Assembly: GCA_002104945.1 (NCBI GenBank) | Contig: MCFH01000006.1 | Coordinates: forward strand, 310,001 to 374,000 | DNA: 64,000 bases | Direction of reading: 5' to 3' | Origin: Piromyces finnis finn | Taxonomy: Eukaryota; Fungi; Neocallimastigomycota | Shown here: in pieces, positions 1-14,600 of the stretch | How positions within the stretch are numbered: the first letter of the stretch is position 1 | How the letters are laid out: every line of letters starts with the position of its first letter | Made by a program: the position numbers and the translations under genes | Notes under the pieces: model-generated | Database searches by the model: none | What the model was told of the DNA's origin: nothing | The model's input: the letters and a program-made list of their open reading frames with translations, nothing else

Positions 1-396
1 AATAAATAAATCAAAGTAGTTATATACATATTATAAATATTGATGTGGGTTGAGTACTCTAAGAAAGACTATAACCAATCAATTTCCCTCCTCCTCTATA
101 TAGAGTGTATATGTGAGTGTTTTTTTTTTTTTTAAGGCTTTATCAAATTAGAAAATACTTTTATAAAAAAAAAATATTGTTATACTATTTAACTATTTAG
201 TCTATTTCATTTAATTTCTTTAAAAAATTCAAAAGCATATATATACAAAGCAAAATTGGGATCTTCTTAGCAAAAAATGTCTTGTTTATTTATTATAATA
301 ATTATCTTTTTTACAAATTTTAATTGGACAAGGGAATTTCAAAAATTATTAAATTTAAAACAATTAGGTGTTTAGCTCTTTTTTTATATAAAGTCC

Positions 397-473
397 TATT
401 CCTACAATCATTCCTACGGTCATTCCTATAATAGTATAATAGGAATAAACAATTATTTGGAGCAAATAGGAAT
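397..473. repeat. 12-bp tandem repeat x3 ((t/c)attcctacaat-like) followed by two inverted taggaat copies
   Basis: tattcctacaat / cattcctacggt / cattcctataat at 397, 409 and 421; taggaat at 440 and 467. Confidence 0.7.
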
Positions 474-1102
474 AACAAATTAAACTATTTTCACATCAAA
501 CTTTTTAAAAAAAAAAAAATAGAGTTTTCAGAAATATATGAAATGTTTAAAAAAGTGTGTGATGTGTTCGTTATTAAAAATTATAGGATGACCTTTTTTT
601 TAAAAAATAAAAATATTACTATTAATAATATATAATATATTTATTTAAAAAAAAAAAAAACTTTTTTATAACTTAATAATAATGACTTGTTTATATAATT
701 AATTATATACAATATATACAGTTTAGTTGATAGGATAACTACTAATTCTAATAAATAATTTTCACACTTTTAATGAGTAATAATATAGATAATAATAATA
801 ACAATAATTATAGTAATATAATATTTTTTGTAATAAGTAGATATATATTTTTTTAAAAAAAAAAAAAGTTCTATTATAATGAGCATGAATGATTGCTTAT
901 TTAAGTAATGAATAAATAACAAATATTTAATTTTCTTTTTTTTTTTTAAATATTTAGAATGAAAAGAGAGGGGGGAAAGTATATATTATTATTGAAAGTT
1001 TTATTATTTTTTTTTTTAATATACAAAATACAAAAAAAATATTATTTACATAAAAAAAAAAAAAGATTAAACAAATAAAAAGCTAATTCCATATTATACC
1101 TT

Positions 1103-1138
<36 letters not shown>

Positions 1139-3034
1139 CATATTAAAATATTTAAATTGGTATAATCTCTTCTTTTTAAATAAAAGTCATTTAAAAAAAA
1201 AAAACTATTATTTTTAATATACATAAAATTACTTATTTTATGTTATTATGGTTATTTGTTGTTATTTTTATCTATATTTCTATTGTCTAAAAAATCAATT
1301 CATTACTTTTAAAATTTACGAAATGTATTATAATTATAATTTTTTTTAAACTCTATTAATATTAAAAAAAAAAAAAAAAAAGTTATCGATAATAATTTAT
1401 AAATTTTATTTACAATCCTCACTTTGACAATAAAAAATTATTCATAACTCTTCTTTTTTTTCATTGTACTCCCATTTTCTTTCATCTTGTTTCTTGATTT
1501 TATGTCATATAATTCTTTAGCATTTTGGTTAGGATCACAAAACAAAAAATAAAATAAAAAATCAATATAGTTTTTTGATATTTATATATCAAATAAAAAT
1601 GATGAAACCTTTCTTTCCTTTTTTTTTTTTTTTTTTATTTAAACAATAATACAATACAACCAATTTTACATATATATTAATAATCATTATTATTAATAAT
1701 TCAGTTGTAATGGTTAGTTTTATAGATCAATCAAATAAATTATAATTTTAAATTTCTTTAAATCCTAACCTTTTATAATATAAAAATAAAAAAAAACAAA
1801 GCATATTGCTATCATTAAAATACTTTATTATTATAATAAAAATAAATATTAAATATTAATGTTTTATTGTATACTTGTAACTCTGCTTTTTTTTTTTACT
1901 TTTATTTAGTTATCAAAAAAAAAAAATAAATAAACAACTTATAAACCACGAATTAATACAAAATAAAGTCAAAGTTTTAAAAATATTTTTTTTTCTTACT
2001 TTTTATGTAGATATTAAAAAGATTAAAGTTGTAGTTTTTATTTATTTTTTATTTACATACGTGCATTTTTTGTAATAAAAAATAATAATCCTGAAAGGCT
2101 TTTTTAAAGAAAAAAAAAAAAAAATTTAAAAGTCAGTCGTTCTTGATATAAATCTTATTATTATTATTTCTGTAATTATTATCACCATTTTATTGTTGAC
2201 TTAGCCAATATAACATTGTGTTCAAATTATAGCGTTGTTGTGTAAAATGACTGATGATCTTAATAATCATAATACCATTTCATCCTTTTATTTAATCGTT
2301 TTTATTATTGAAAGAAAAGTGTTTAATGTCTTTTTTTTAATAGGATTCTTTTCTAAACCACTTAAAATACCCACCACATCACCCTTCCTTTCCCTACAAA
2401 AAAATAAAAAAAAAACTTTTTTTTTTTAAATAGATAATAGTTACATTCATATTATATTTTCATAATATAATTTAATGTATCTATCAATATATTTAAATAA
2501 TATTATTAATAAATGAAATGAAGAATTTTAAATTTAATTATATAATATTAATATAATATAGAAATATATTAAAATATATTAAAATCATATAATACATTCT
2601 ATTGAATCATTGAAAAAAGAAAATTTATTATTTCAAGTGACTTAACCTAATTAAAATAGAAATCTATTCTTTTTATATAATTAATATAATTGCCATTTCA
2701 TTATAATATATTTAAAAAAACATCTATCATTTATATGAATATATTGAATAATAAATTAACTATATATTGTACACTTAAAATAAAAAAAGTAAACTAAAAA
2801 GCTTTTCGTTTTTAAAAAAATATATAATAGAATATAAATAATAAATATATAATAATATAAGCTATCCTATAGTTAATATATTAAGATAAATTCATCTTTT
2901 TTAAAAAAAACTTTAAAAACAGTCTTTCCTTTAAATAATAAAAAAATAGTTATATATTATATATATAAAAATATAATTGTATCTATATAAAAAATCGTAT
3001 TATTAATAAGACTTTAATCATCATTTCAATCATC

Positions 3035-3388
3035 ATAGTCAAAGTCAAAGTCAAAGTCATAGTCATAGTCATAGTCATAGTAATAGTAATCGGTAATAGT
3101 CAAAGTAATAGTAATAGTCAAAGTAATAGTAATAGTCAAAGTAATAGTAATAGTAATAGTAATAGTAATAGTAAGAGTCATAGTAATAGTAATAGTAAGA
3201 GCCATAGTAAGTAATAGTAATAGTAATAGTCAAAGTAATAGTAATAGTAATAGTAATAGTAATAGTAATAGTAATAGTAATCGGTAATAGTAAGAGTAAT
3301 AGTAATAGTAATAGTAATAGTAATAGTAATAGTCATAGTAATAGTAATAGTAATAGTAATCGGTAATAGTAAGAGTCATAGTAATAAT
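3035..3388. repeat. Compound hexanucleotide microsatellite (AGTAAT)n with AGTCAA/AGTCAT/AGTAAG variants
   Basis: About 350 bp of directly visible AGTAAT-type units, with recurring aatcggtaatag interruptions. Confidence 0.95.
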
Positions 3389-3482
3389 GAAATGAAAAAA
3401 ATTAATTGTAATTAATAGAAATACCCTGGATAATCATTATTAAAAATAATAATAGAAGAAATAGACACTTTAAATCAAGTCT

Positions 3483-3523
3483 ATAGCTCTTCATGTCATC
3501 GTTTAACGTCCATGAAGAGCTAT
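3483..3523. other. Perfect 13-bp inverted repeat (hairpin) with 15-nt loop
   Basis: atagctcttcatg (3483-3495) is the exact reverse complement of catgaagagctat (3511-3523). Confidence 0.85.
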
Positions 3524-6500
3524 TCATTTTCTATTTTCTATTTTTTATTTTAAATAAAGATGTATACTAGAAATGATAAAAGAGTTGTGTATGTATAGAA
3601 ATATTAACTATAAATGAAAAATGTTATTAAGGTTAGAGAGTTATTGTTGTTTTCATAGTAATACTGTAACAACTACTACTATTAATATTAATAATAAAAG
3701 CATAACATTACTACTATTTTTTTTTTTTTTTTTTAGTGATTACTACTTTTTATTATTAACATCTTTTTATTATTTTTTTTTATAAAACATAAAGGTTAGT
3801 TTAAAACAAAAATTTTTAAAAATTTCTTTTCCCTCTCCTTAAAAAAAGTTATCTTTGGTATTCTCCTTAAATCTTTTATTTTTTTTATGTAAAACACAAA
3901 TGACTGCCGTTGCTGTTGTTTGATATTTTTAAAACATTTTTATTCTAATTTAGCATGCAATATTTTGAAGATTATTGATATTTTTTATTTTTTTTAGTTT
4001 ATAAAATAAGTGCTCTTTTTATTGCATTTTTTATTCTTTCTATGTAATACGAACTAATAGTATTATTACTATTACTATTAATGTTATCAATGATATAATA
4101 TTACTACTAAAACTTTGATACACATCACATTAAAAAGCCTATAGTAATAAATATAAATGGATGAAATAATAGTAACATAAATAAATTTATTATAAAATCC
4201 AATAAATAAATTAAACTTTAAATAAATAGCATCATTTTAAAAAATAGATGATAGTTTATATATGGTATAATAATATTAAAATATATTTAATCTTGTTATT
4301 TACATATATATTAATATATGAATATAGTATATTATAATATATCAATAATGAAAATAAAAAAAATAATGTTTAGTAACTTTAAAAATTAATTCAATTCTAT
4401 TGACTATTTATTTTTATATATATTCAGAATATAACATAACCTATATATTAAATACGTCTTTACCAATGATTTATTCAATCAACTAATATATTCAATAATA
4501 TATAATTAATTTTTATTCATCATGGTGTAAATTAATATATCATATCAAAAAGTAAATTATAATTTTTAATATATTACCAATATATAAAAAATTAATTAGA
4601 ATGAATATATATTAATTTTTTAATTTCATTATATATTGTAAAATAAAAACAATATATTATGATCATTTAATTCCACAAATGAAATTATATTGATTTATAT
4701 CAACCTATTTATTATTTCTATTTAACAAAAAAGGAATGGAACATCTTTTCAAATATTGTTTATATATTTATATAAATTAATCCATATATTAAATTTAATA
4801 TCTATTTCCTATATATTATTTATATAATATTATATAGCGTAATATATATTACAATAAAGTTAAAAATAAAATATTCTCATTTAATTAAATGGATATATAT
4901 GGCTAGATTAATTATTATTTATTTAGAATAATTAATTCTTTCATTCACAATAATAATAATGTATACTATACATCATACAAATAACGGAATATAAAATGTT
5001 ATATAAAATAATATATAATTACTCTATATTAATAATAAAAAACACAATTAAAATAAAAAGGTAGTATATATTGTAGGACTCTATCATGAATTAAAATTAA
5101 ATCAAAAAATAAAATAATTCAATAGAATCCATATAATAAATTATAATAATTATTCCTTTAAAAAAAAAAGATTAAACTTTAATAAATATAAAATTTTAAA
5201 TATTTTTTTTTATTTCTATTAATTAAAAAAATTGACTATAATAAATAAAATATTAATTATAAATAAATTAACTTAAATAATAGTTCAGGATTTAATTATT
5301 GTTAAAAAAAAAAAAAGGCAAAAAAGGGATAATATAAAATTTCAATACCTGGATTTGAGGGTAAATCAGAATTATTTTACAATGATTGAACCATGCTAAA
5401 AAGTAAAATGTTAAAAAGATGGATAGATGAATGAGAATAAAATAATATACATACATGAAAAAAAGTGAAATAGAGTAAAAATCAAATTATATTTTTTGAG
5501 TTAGATCATAACATAATGACATTGTATACTTTTGAATTTGTATGTATGAATATTTAATAGAAATTAAACTTTTTTTTTTAATTCCAAATAATAGTAACCA
5601 TCAAATTAGTCAGGTTGATATGTTGCAAAAGTTTCCTATTTACTCTATGAAAATTTATTATTATTATGTAGTAGTTTTGAATAAGTTTGCTATTGTAAAA
5701 AAAATCCCTTAGAGTATGGTTTTCATTTTATTCACTTCCTTTGTAAAAAAATTTTTTTGTGGTGTTGTATATAAAATTAAAAATTTAAATATATCATAAA
5801 TATACTACAAATATATTGTAAATTACTTTTTCAATAAAATTTTAATCATTTTAGCATATACTATATTAAATTAATAATATATAGACTAATTAATTTTTTT
5901 AATAATGACTTAATTAGTACACAATTAATTAATATTTAAAATAGATTAAAAAAAAAACATCCTTAGATTGATTTCCTTTTTAAGAACAGTTTATCTTAAT
6001 ATATTATTCTATTTCAAAAAGATACTATTTTTATTATTGTTTAAAATTAAGGTTTATAAAGTTTGTATACTTTACATAATATATAGTTAAATGAAATATA
6101 TAGTCTTTATATTAATAAACTATTTATTTTAATATATCAGATAATATATGACAGAGTATATAAATCTATCATCACCAAAATTTTCAAACTTTTAATTCCA
6201 AAGTTTATTTTATAATAAAATAATTTTTGTTACAGAATAGTTTATTGATAATTAAAAAATAAACAAAAAAAAAAAAGATAGAAAATAATATGAATAATAG
6301 TTAAATTAATTTTTTATAAAAATGGTTTAACAGGAAAATTAGTTTACTTTTTTTTTTTATAGGTAGGAATAAATGTGGTTTATTTTCTCAACAGGATAAC
6401 AAATATAAGGTGTATTAAAGCAGACAATTTTTTTATTGCATTTTATTAGAATAAATCAAACCTTTATGGTTGATTTTATGAATTTTTCATTGGCTTAACC

Positions 6501-6865
6501 TGAATAATGTTTCAAAAATTAATGGTTTTTCAAGGTACTGTCATGGATCAACTTTTTTTTTTGTATGCTTGTTTATTTATATGTTTCATAATAAATTTTA
6601 ATACTACTTACCAATCGGCCGCTAAAATAATATTTCATGATTTATATATATATATATTTTTATCATTTTCAATTTATTTATTACTAGTAATGAGAACATT
6701 CCTCTCCCCTTCAATTAACTAGTAATTATCTTGTATTATTTTTATTAGTTATAACCCATTTTAAATATATATAAATTTAATTAATATGAGACTATTATAC
6801 TATATAATAGGAATAAAAAATAATAATAATCATAGTAATAACTCTTATAACATTTATAACAATAT

Positions 6866-6972
6866 TCATGACATTTGTAGTAGCATTTATAGTAGTATTT
6901 ATAAAAGCATAATATCTATGATAACTTTAATAACATTTGTAGTAGTATTTATAGTAATATTTATAAAACATA
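6866..6972. repeat. Diverged ~62-bp tandem duplication with internal 12-bp periodicity
   Basis: atttgtagtagcatttatagtagtatttataaaagcat (~6873) versus atttgtagtagtatttatagtaatatttataaaacat (~6935). Confidence 0.7.
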
Positions 6973-7596
6973 CAATTCATAACAATGCTTTAATACGAAA
7001 GAGTTTATATTAGTAATTATCATCTTTTTATTATATATAGGAAATTAAATTTTATATTCCTTTCAAAAAAATTTTTTAATATATTACTAATAGTATTACT
7101 ATATATAATATATATGTAATACTAAATTTCTATATACTATCTTTATATATTATTTTTATAATTAATTAAATGACCTATCTAATTTATTTTCATGGTTGAA
7201 TACAATATATTAATAATATATGTTTTAATATATTTAAAAAACGTTTTTAATAATTAAATTATAATTTAATTTAATAATATATTATTGTAATATATTTAAA
7301 TATTATTTTCATCCCATTTCTTTTTATTTATTTAATTATTTAATAGTAAAAAGAAAAACATTAGGTGTAAGATACATTGAATAAGCAGAGGATGATATAA
7401 AGAAAATTATAAAAATGTAAAAACTTTTGTAGTTACATTATGATAAAGACTATTTTAAATTCTTTTTTTTTTTAATCCATTATATTCATTTTTGTTATTC
7501 ATCCATATTAAAATAATTATTCTTTGCCAGGATGAGTAACCTTACTACTTGAAATTACTAAAAAATATATATAGATATTAAAATATCACAACATAT

Positions 7597-7660
7597 TGTG
7601 AAAAAGAAAGGTACCTTAACATAAAAAGGATTTATGTTAAGGTACTTTTCTTTTTACACA
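7597..7660 (+). other. Near-perfect ~29-bp inverted repeat, 5-nt loop (long stem-loop)
   Basis: tgtgaaaaagaaaggtaccttaacataaa-aagga-tttatgttaaggtacttttctttttacaca: 15 perfect pairs, one G-T position (G.U wobble on + RNA), 9 more pairs, then a 1-nt bulge. Confidence 0.85.
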
Positions 7661-10650
7661 TGATTTATTAATCTGTTTTATTTTTTACCTTTTTCTATAT
7701 TATTATATATAATTTAAAAAGAGTCATGGTATGTCAATGGTGCTATGCTTAATAGGTAGTAGTGTAGTGTAGTTGGTAATTGGGAAAAGTACGTCCCTTT
7801 TAAAGTTTATTAAAATGATTTAAACAATTGGTAACATTTAAGGCCATTCTTTTAAAAAAAAAGTTTATTAATATGATATATTATCAATATATTATTAATA
7901 AATAGTAATATATAGTAATAATTTGATTTCCATTTAAAATTTCATATAGCATATATTACAATAGAAATTAAATATAAAGAATCCACTTTATTATTAATCA
8001 TTTTTGAAATTTAAATTCCTCCTTTTTGAACTATTTATTTCATTACTATTCTATCATATATTATTATTAAATTACTCATAGGCAATAAAAAAATCTATTG
8101 GTAGAATTGAAATTTAATAATATATAAAAGTTTATGTATCATTCTAATAATAAATTTTTTTATTTTTTTAAAAGGTACTTTTGCTATAGAAGATAGTTGA
8201 TATTATTATTATATTTAGTGGTATTATTATTATCGTTGTTGTTTAAATCCTATAAACTAAAAATAAAAGGAATACTCTTATTATCTTATTATATAATGAT
8301 AATAATAATAATATATACTAACCTCCTGATTTGAAGAAATAATTAATGATTGTGCTTAGTGAATTGAAATAAGCATGTACAGTAAGAGACAAAAAAGATT
8401 TGAATATATATTGTGAAAGAAGGATTTTAGATTATTATATTAAATTTTCTTTAAAAAGATATTTATTATTTTTTTTAATGTCATAAATGTTTGATAAGAT
8501 ATGAAATTTAAAATTTGTACATTTTGGCTTCTATTTATGAATTAAAAGGATTTATGCTTATTATTGCTCCTGACTATTGTAATACTACACTTTTATACTC
8601 TAAATAAATAAATCTTTTATACTAACTCCACATCAACATAATGTGTTGTTACCTTTATTATTCATCTATTATTATGAAATAAATTTTATTATTTTGTTGC
8701 TGGTTATTATCATTTGCTGTGACTATTACAACCATTTATTATTTATTTAATATTATTTATTATCCTACGATTAAAAGTAGCAGCTTTAACTACATTTTTA
8801 GATGATGCTATCTTTTATGATTAATATATTGTAATTGCTAATTTCAATTTAATAAAATATCAATTAATATATTGTAGGATTAAATGAAAAGTAATAAATT
8901 ATCATTGTTTATAAATAAAAGAGTGTAACCCTTTCACAAAAATAAAAAAAATATATATCATTTCATCTATTGTAAAATATTGTAAAGTACTACTTTTCTA
9001 ATCGTGCATTTAGATAATGAATATTTTATTTTTTTTTAAATAAAAAAATAACTACACCAAATAATTTCAATAATAATAAAAAAAAAAGTCTTAATAAGCC
9101 ATTTTATAGTTTATACAAGATAACCATACCCTTTGCTTAGTTTTCTTTATAGGATAGCCAAATTTTTATATACAAATGATATATGATATATAAATATAAT
9201 CTATTCTATGTTCATTAATAATAAATATATAAAAATCGATTTTTAATCTATTCTTGTATTATTATTCAATATATTAACTGTAATTAATATAAAAGCATAA
9301 AGTTACCATTTTTATTAATATAGATGAATTCATTTTATGTTTATTTTTACTATTGAAAATATATTAACACTCTAAAGATACATAGATTAAAAGTATATAT
9401 TATATTATATTAAATACATTATAAAGCAATAATTATATATGGTAATTTATGTATCCTATATATTATATGTTACTGAAGACACATTTTTAATATAGTTAAG
9501 GTTATTTAAGTTAGTATGTAAAAAACATTAAATCTAGTCTATCTTTTTATTTATTTAAATAAAATATTATATTATATTATTCAATTATTCATAATATATA
9601 GGATTGATTATTTTCAATTGAATAAAGAATAAATTTTAAGTTAATATAAATTAAAGTTAATTAAAATTTATTTATTAAAGGTTAATGTCTACATGACAGT
9701 TAATTATATAATAGAATTAAATATATTATTATAGTATTAAAATAGTATTTGTATACTTATTCACAATATATTATAACTAAATTAAAATGTATACTATAAA
9801 CATGTTTATGAGATGAATACTATTTTTAATATATTATCAATATTTCTACATCTATAGAATATAGGTACAATATATTTAAATATAATTGTATTACTATTCA
9901 TAGTATATAGGATTGAACTATTATAAAATAAAAATTTAAAGTGTAATATAATATATAATAGAATAACATATAATATATACAATATATTATATAATAAATA
10001 CATAATATATATTACATTAATAAATTATCCTATATATTAAATATCATTATTATACATATTATACATGTAATACCATAAAACTTAATATTGGATATACTTT
10101 ATTTAATAAATTTTTTTATTTTATATATAAACAAGCATATAAACTTTGTTATTTATATTAATATATTATTATAATATATTAACATGCTATTGATAATAAA
10201 TTATTAATATTTTATATAATATATTATCATTCATATTATCCAAATGTCACATATATTTTGAATTAATAATCGGAATATATTAAATCATAATTTACAATAG
10301 ATATAATATACAGAGTTAATTAATTAATATTTTATATACATATATACATCATTATATTTTAATATATTATTATATATGTAATATTAATTGCAATTCTATA
10401 CCTCATTTTTTTCTTTTTTAAATTAAATTAATTCAAAATAAACAATTTATTATTTTATTTTTTTAATATATTATTTTATTTAATTTTTTTTTATTCTTTT
10501 TTTTTTTTGAAAAATTTCATCATTTAATATATGTATTAACTTTTGAATTTTATTTTTAACATTTTATTTCTTTTTTTAAATGATATAAATATATTACTTT
10601 TTTTTTTTCATTTTTTCCTTTTTTTTTTTTTTTTTTTTTTCAGCTTTAAT

Positions 10651-10686
<36 letters not shown>

Positions 10687-11635
10687 AGTAAAAGAAATAT
10701 TAAAAAAATTATAACAAAACCTTTATACCTTTACTTTATTTCTTTTTCATTATACCTTTTTTTTTTATAGGTAGAACGATAACGTCATTATTGAACTCAC
10801 TTATTAAAGAAATACTATTAAAAATACAAACTTTTATACTTCAAATTTATAATATTTTATTTCACTCTTTTTGTTAACCAATATAAAGAAATATATCTAT
10901 TAGCTAACAAGCATTGCTATAAAGAATAGATAAAAATAATTAATAGTCAAATTATATATAACAAATTACTTATTTCAAATACCATATAAGCCACAAATAA
11001 TTAAATGAATTTATAAAAAAAGGAAAAGAAAAAAAAAAAAACTACTCAGTATAATCTCATTTAAATATTGCTATTATCATCATAGTTATTTTTTTAAATT
11101 TTCTATGATATCATAAAATATTATTGCTATAAAAATTAAACAGAATTTTATTTTACACTACAAAACAGTGTTTTTAATAATATATAGTAATAAAATAAAG
11201 TATATAATAATATAATATTTTTTACTTCATAAAAGGTAAAATTTCATGAATAAAATTATATTATGATAGCATTTGACATAAAAATATATAGATATATTTA
11301 TAATAATATATATAGAAAAATAAAAAATATAAAAATAAATATGTATTAATATTTATTGATATATTAATAAAATATATATGAAACAAAAAAAAATTTTTCT
11401 ATAATTTGAAATTATTTAAATTTTTTTTAAACTTTACACCTATTTTAATAAATAAATAGTTACAAAAAATTTTTTTAATAAATTTAATTTTTATTAATGA
11501 TTTTTTTTTATATAGTATCTACATATATTTTCTTTTTCTTTTCTTTTCTTTTTTTTTTTTAAAAAAAAAAAAAGAGTTTTATTGTAACAGATAAAACATT
11601 ATTTTTTATATCATCCAAAAATACTATAAAAAATA

Positions 11636-14600
11636 ATGTCAAAATTAGGAAATATAACAACAAAGGCAAAGTCTTCTATAAATACATCCAAAAAACAAAA
11701 ATTAAATACCATGACCAGAAGTAAATCTTTAAAAAAATCTTGTATCTATAATCCATATGTCTTTCCATACAATCAAAATTTCCTATATTATAGCCCATTC
11801 CTTTTTCAAAACCCTTGTATGACCCCTATCATACCACCATCTAAACCAAAAAAATCTAAAAGTAAATCTAAAGCAACCCATTCTTCAGTCCTTTCCTCAA
11901 AAAATACATCTAATAAAAAAGGTAGTATCAGTAGTAATAGTACAAAGACAACATCAACAGCATCTACAACCACTACTACTTCTTCCACTCCTTCTACAAT
12001 CACTTCCACTACTAATGTAATAGCAACAAAAACAACTACTTCCACTACTACAACTTTACCATCCACTACCTCTCCTGTTAAATCCTCATCACCCATAAAT
12101 AATTATTCTTCAAAAAGTCATAGTCTATCGGCTACTACAACTTCTATACCATCTATTTCTACTTCATCAACTAATTCTTATGGTTTAGATCAACAACAAC
12201 AATTAGGATGTCGTATTAAAGGCCATACAGAAAAGGGTGAAGGTATTATATTAAATAAATTAACTTCAAGCCCAAAACCATCTTCTATTTATGAAAAGGA
12301 ACCTTCTACTTTTACCCCTGCTACCTCAAGTCCAAGTGGCACTTATACCAATAACAGTAGTTCATCTTCCTATTCTTCAAAGACAAATTCAAAGGATAAT
12401 TATATTAATAATGATTCTCATTATCCTTCCTCTCACACAAAATCTAATTCAACTTTTTCATACCCAATGACGAATACATCAGAATCATCTTATCCAACGT
12501 CTTCTTTTTCAGATAAATCAGCATCTTATCCATTGAATCACGGTAATCCAACTATAAAACCTTCTTCAGTTACTCAAACTATCAGTTATTCTCACAAAGA
12601 GACAACAGATCATTTTGATGTACCTTCTTCCATTACTTCATCAGAGTATAACATGGTAAATGATACTACATCAGGAAATCCAAAACATCTTCCTACCCCA
12701 CCAACAACACCATTAACTAAATGGAGCCCAAATTCTAAAAATGATCATTCTTCCTATTCATTCAATCCTTCTTGCTCAAAAAATATGGCCTCAACTTCAT
12801 ATGACTCTACGGAAAAGAAAACAGGTCTATTAGATTATTCTCATTCTCATCAAAACTCATCTACTACTTCCTTTTCAGATACTAGTTATTCTCATTCCCA
12901 GCAAACATCATCAAACACCATTCCAGATACTAGTTATTCCCATTCCCATCAAACATCATCAAACACCATTCCAGATACTAGTTATTCTCATTCCCATCAA
13001 ACATCATCAAACACCATTCCAGATACTAGTTATTCTCATTCCCATCAAACATCATCAAACACTATTCCAAATGCTAAGAGTTATGTTAATAAATATATTA
13101 GTACATCATTTGACATGAACTCATTGGATACTAATACCAAAATCAAAAAAGAAAATTCCAATTATAATTTTTCTTATGATAGTAGAAAGAGAAAGTATGA
13201 AGATAGTTCAAGTATGATGCCAAGGACTATAGAAAATTCAATCATGGAAAAATCACCAAAAATAGATTTTATATCTTCTAATTGTCGTCATCTTTCTGAT
13301 AATAATAAAATAGAGTCGGAAAGTTCTAGTTCATCATATCCTTTCTTTAATGATTCATACAATACCAGTCCTCAACATATGGATTCATTAACAAAGGATG
13401 AAAAAAATCCAAATTTTAAAAGTTATTCTAATAATTCTACCTTTACTAATTCTTTAAATACTAGTAATACTATGGTGGATACTTCATCTCCTCAAAAGAC
13501 AGTGTCTTCTTCCTATGAATCACAAAATTTAATGAGTAGTAAAACTAAAGTAAAAACTACAAAGTACAAGAGACCAAAAACATACACTACCAATATTCAA
13601 CTACTCTCCGAAGGTGCTAACATGGAATGGCTTAAAGAACAAGAAAAGAAACTTTATGCTAAACATGCCAGTCGTATGAATGCTAATCTTATGAACTCAT
13701 TATCAAAGACTGGATCCAGCAGTAATACTAAATCAACTTTTGTCGTAAAAACTTCATCACCACCTCCATCCTATAATACTTCTGTGAAATCATCATCACC
13801 ATCTCTTAATAATAATACCACCAATATGAAGGTTTCATCTCCAACTTCATCTTATGATAGTACTACCAAAGTGAAGTCTCCATCACCATCTTATGATACT
13901 ACTAGTATGAAACTTTCATCATCTCCAGCTCTGTCTTATGATGATAAAACAATTGGAAAAACTACAAAACCAACAATTCTTTCTTCTTACTCAACCTTTA
14001 AAACCCCATCTACTTTTGAACCCTCTTATTCCTTAAATAACTCACTTATAAAAAAAGAATATCCATCAAATTATTCTTCTTCTATGTCTTCTCAAAATAC
14101 TTCACAAGTTTTTCCATCTCCAACGTCCACAGCCTCTACTTTTGTTCACTCATCCTATCAAACTAAACCTTCAAGTATTCCTCCTGTTTCAATGACTACA
14201 TCTATGCCGACATCAACAACCACTTCTACTACAAATTATTCTTCATCCTATTATTCCTCATCGATGAATGATGGATCAGTTCATCACTATAACCATTCTA
14301 ATTCAATTCCATCTGAACGCTCCATTCATTCAACCTATCAAAATAACAATAACAATATGATCACATCGGATGTTATTTCACCAAATATGAATTCTCAATC
14401 AACCTCATCCTATCATTCTATGGCAATGCCAGCAGTGGTTTCAACTCCTTCTTCTTATACTCCTAGTCAAATGTCTTGTACCACACAAAACCAAAACACG
14501 TATCACAATAGATCAATGACAAGGGAAACTTCTTCCTATCATCATTATTCTTCAGCACCATCCCAAACTCCAATACCTATGGTTTTTGGGGAACCAAGAA

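Noticed and set aside
6340-6640. Splice-like signals around a GC-rich gcggccg (possible AADW micro-exon)
   Set aside because: No phase-consistent neighbouring exon could be joined on either strand.
8520-8820. Coding-looking stretches (LASIYELKGFMLIIAPDYC...)
   Set aside because: Broken by stops, with no motif or paralogue to support it.
2235-10770. Short I/F/N/Y/K-rich ORFs at 2235, 6507, 6786, 9806 and 10543
   Set aside because: Composition matches chance ORFs in very AT-rich DNA; the 10543 ORF looks like an intron ending at a tag acceptor at 10770.
11806-12096. 96-aa minus-strand ORF
   Set aside because: Antisense shadow of the Thr/Ser-rich CDS; Val-rich reading is the reverse complement of ACN codons.
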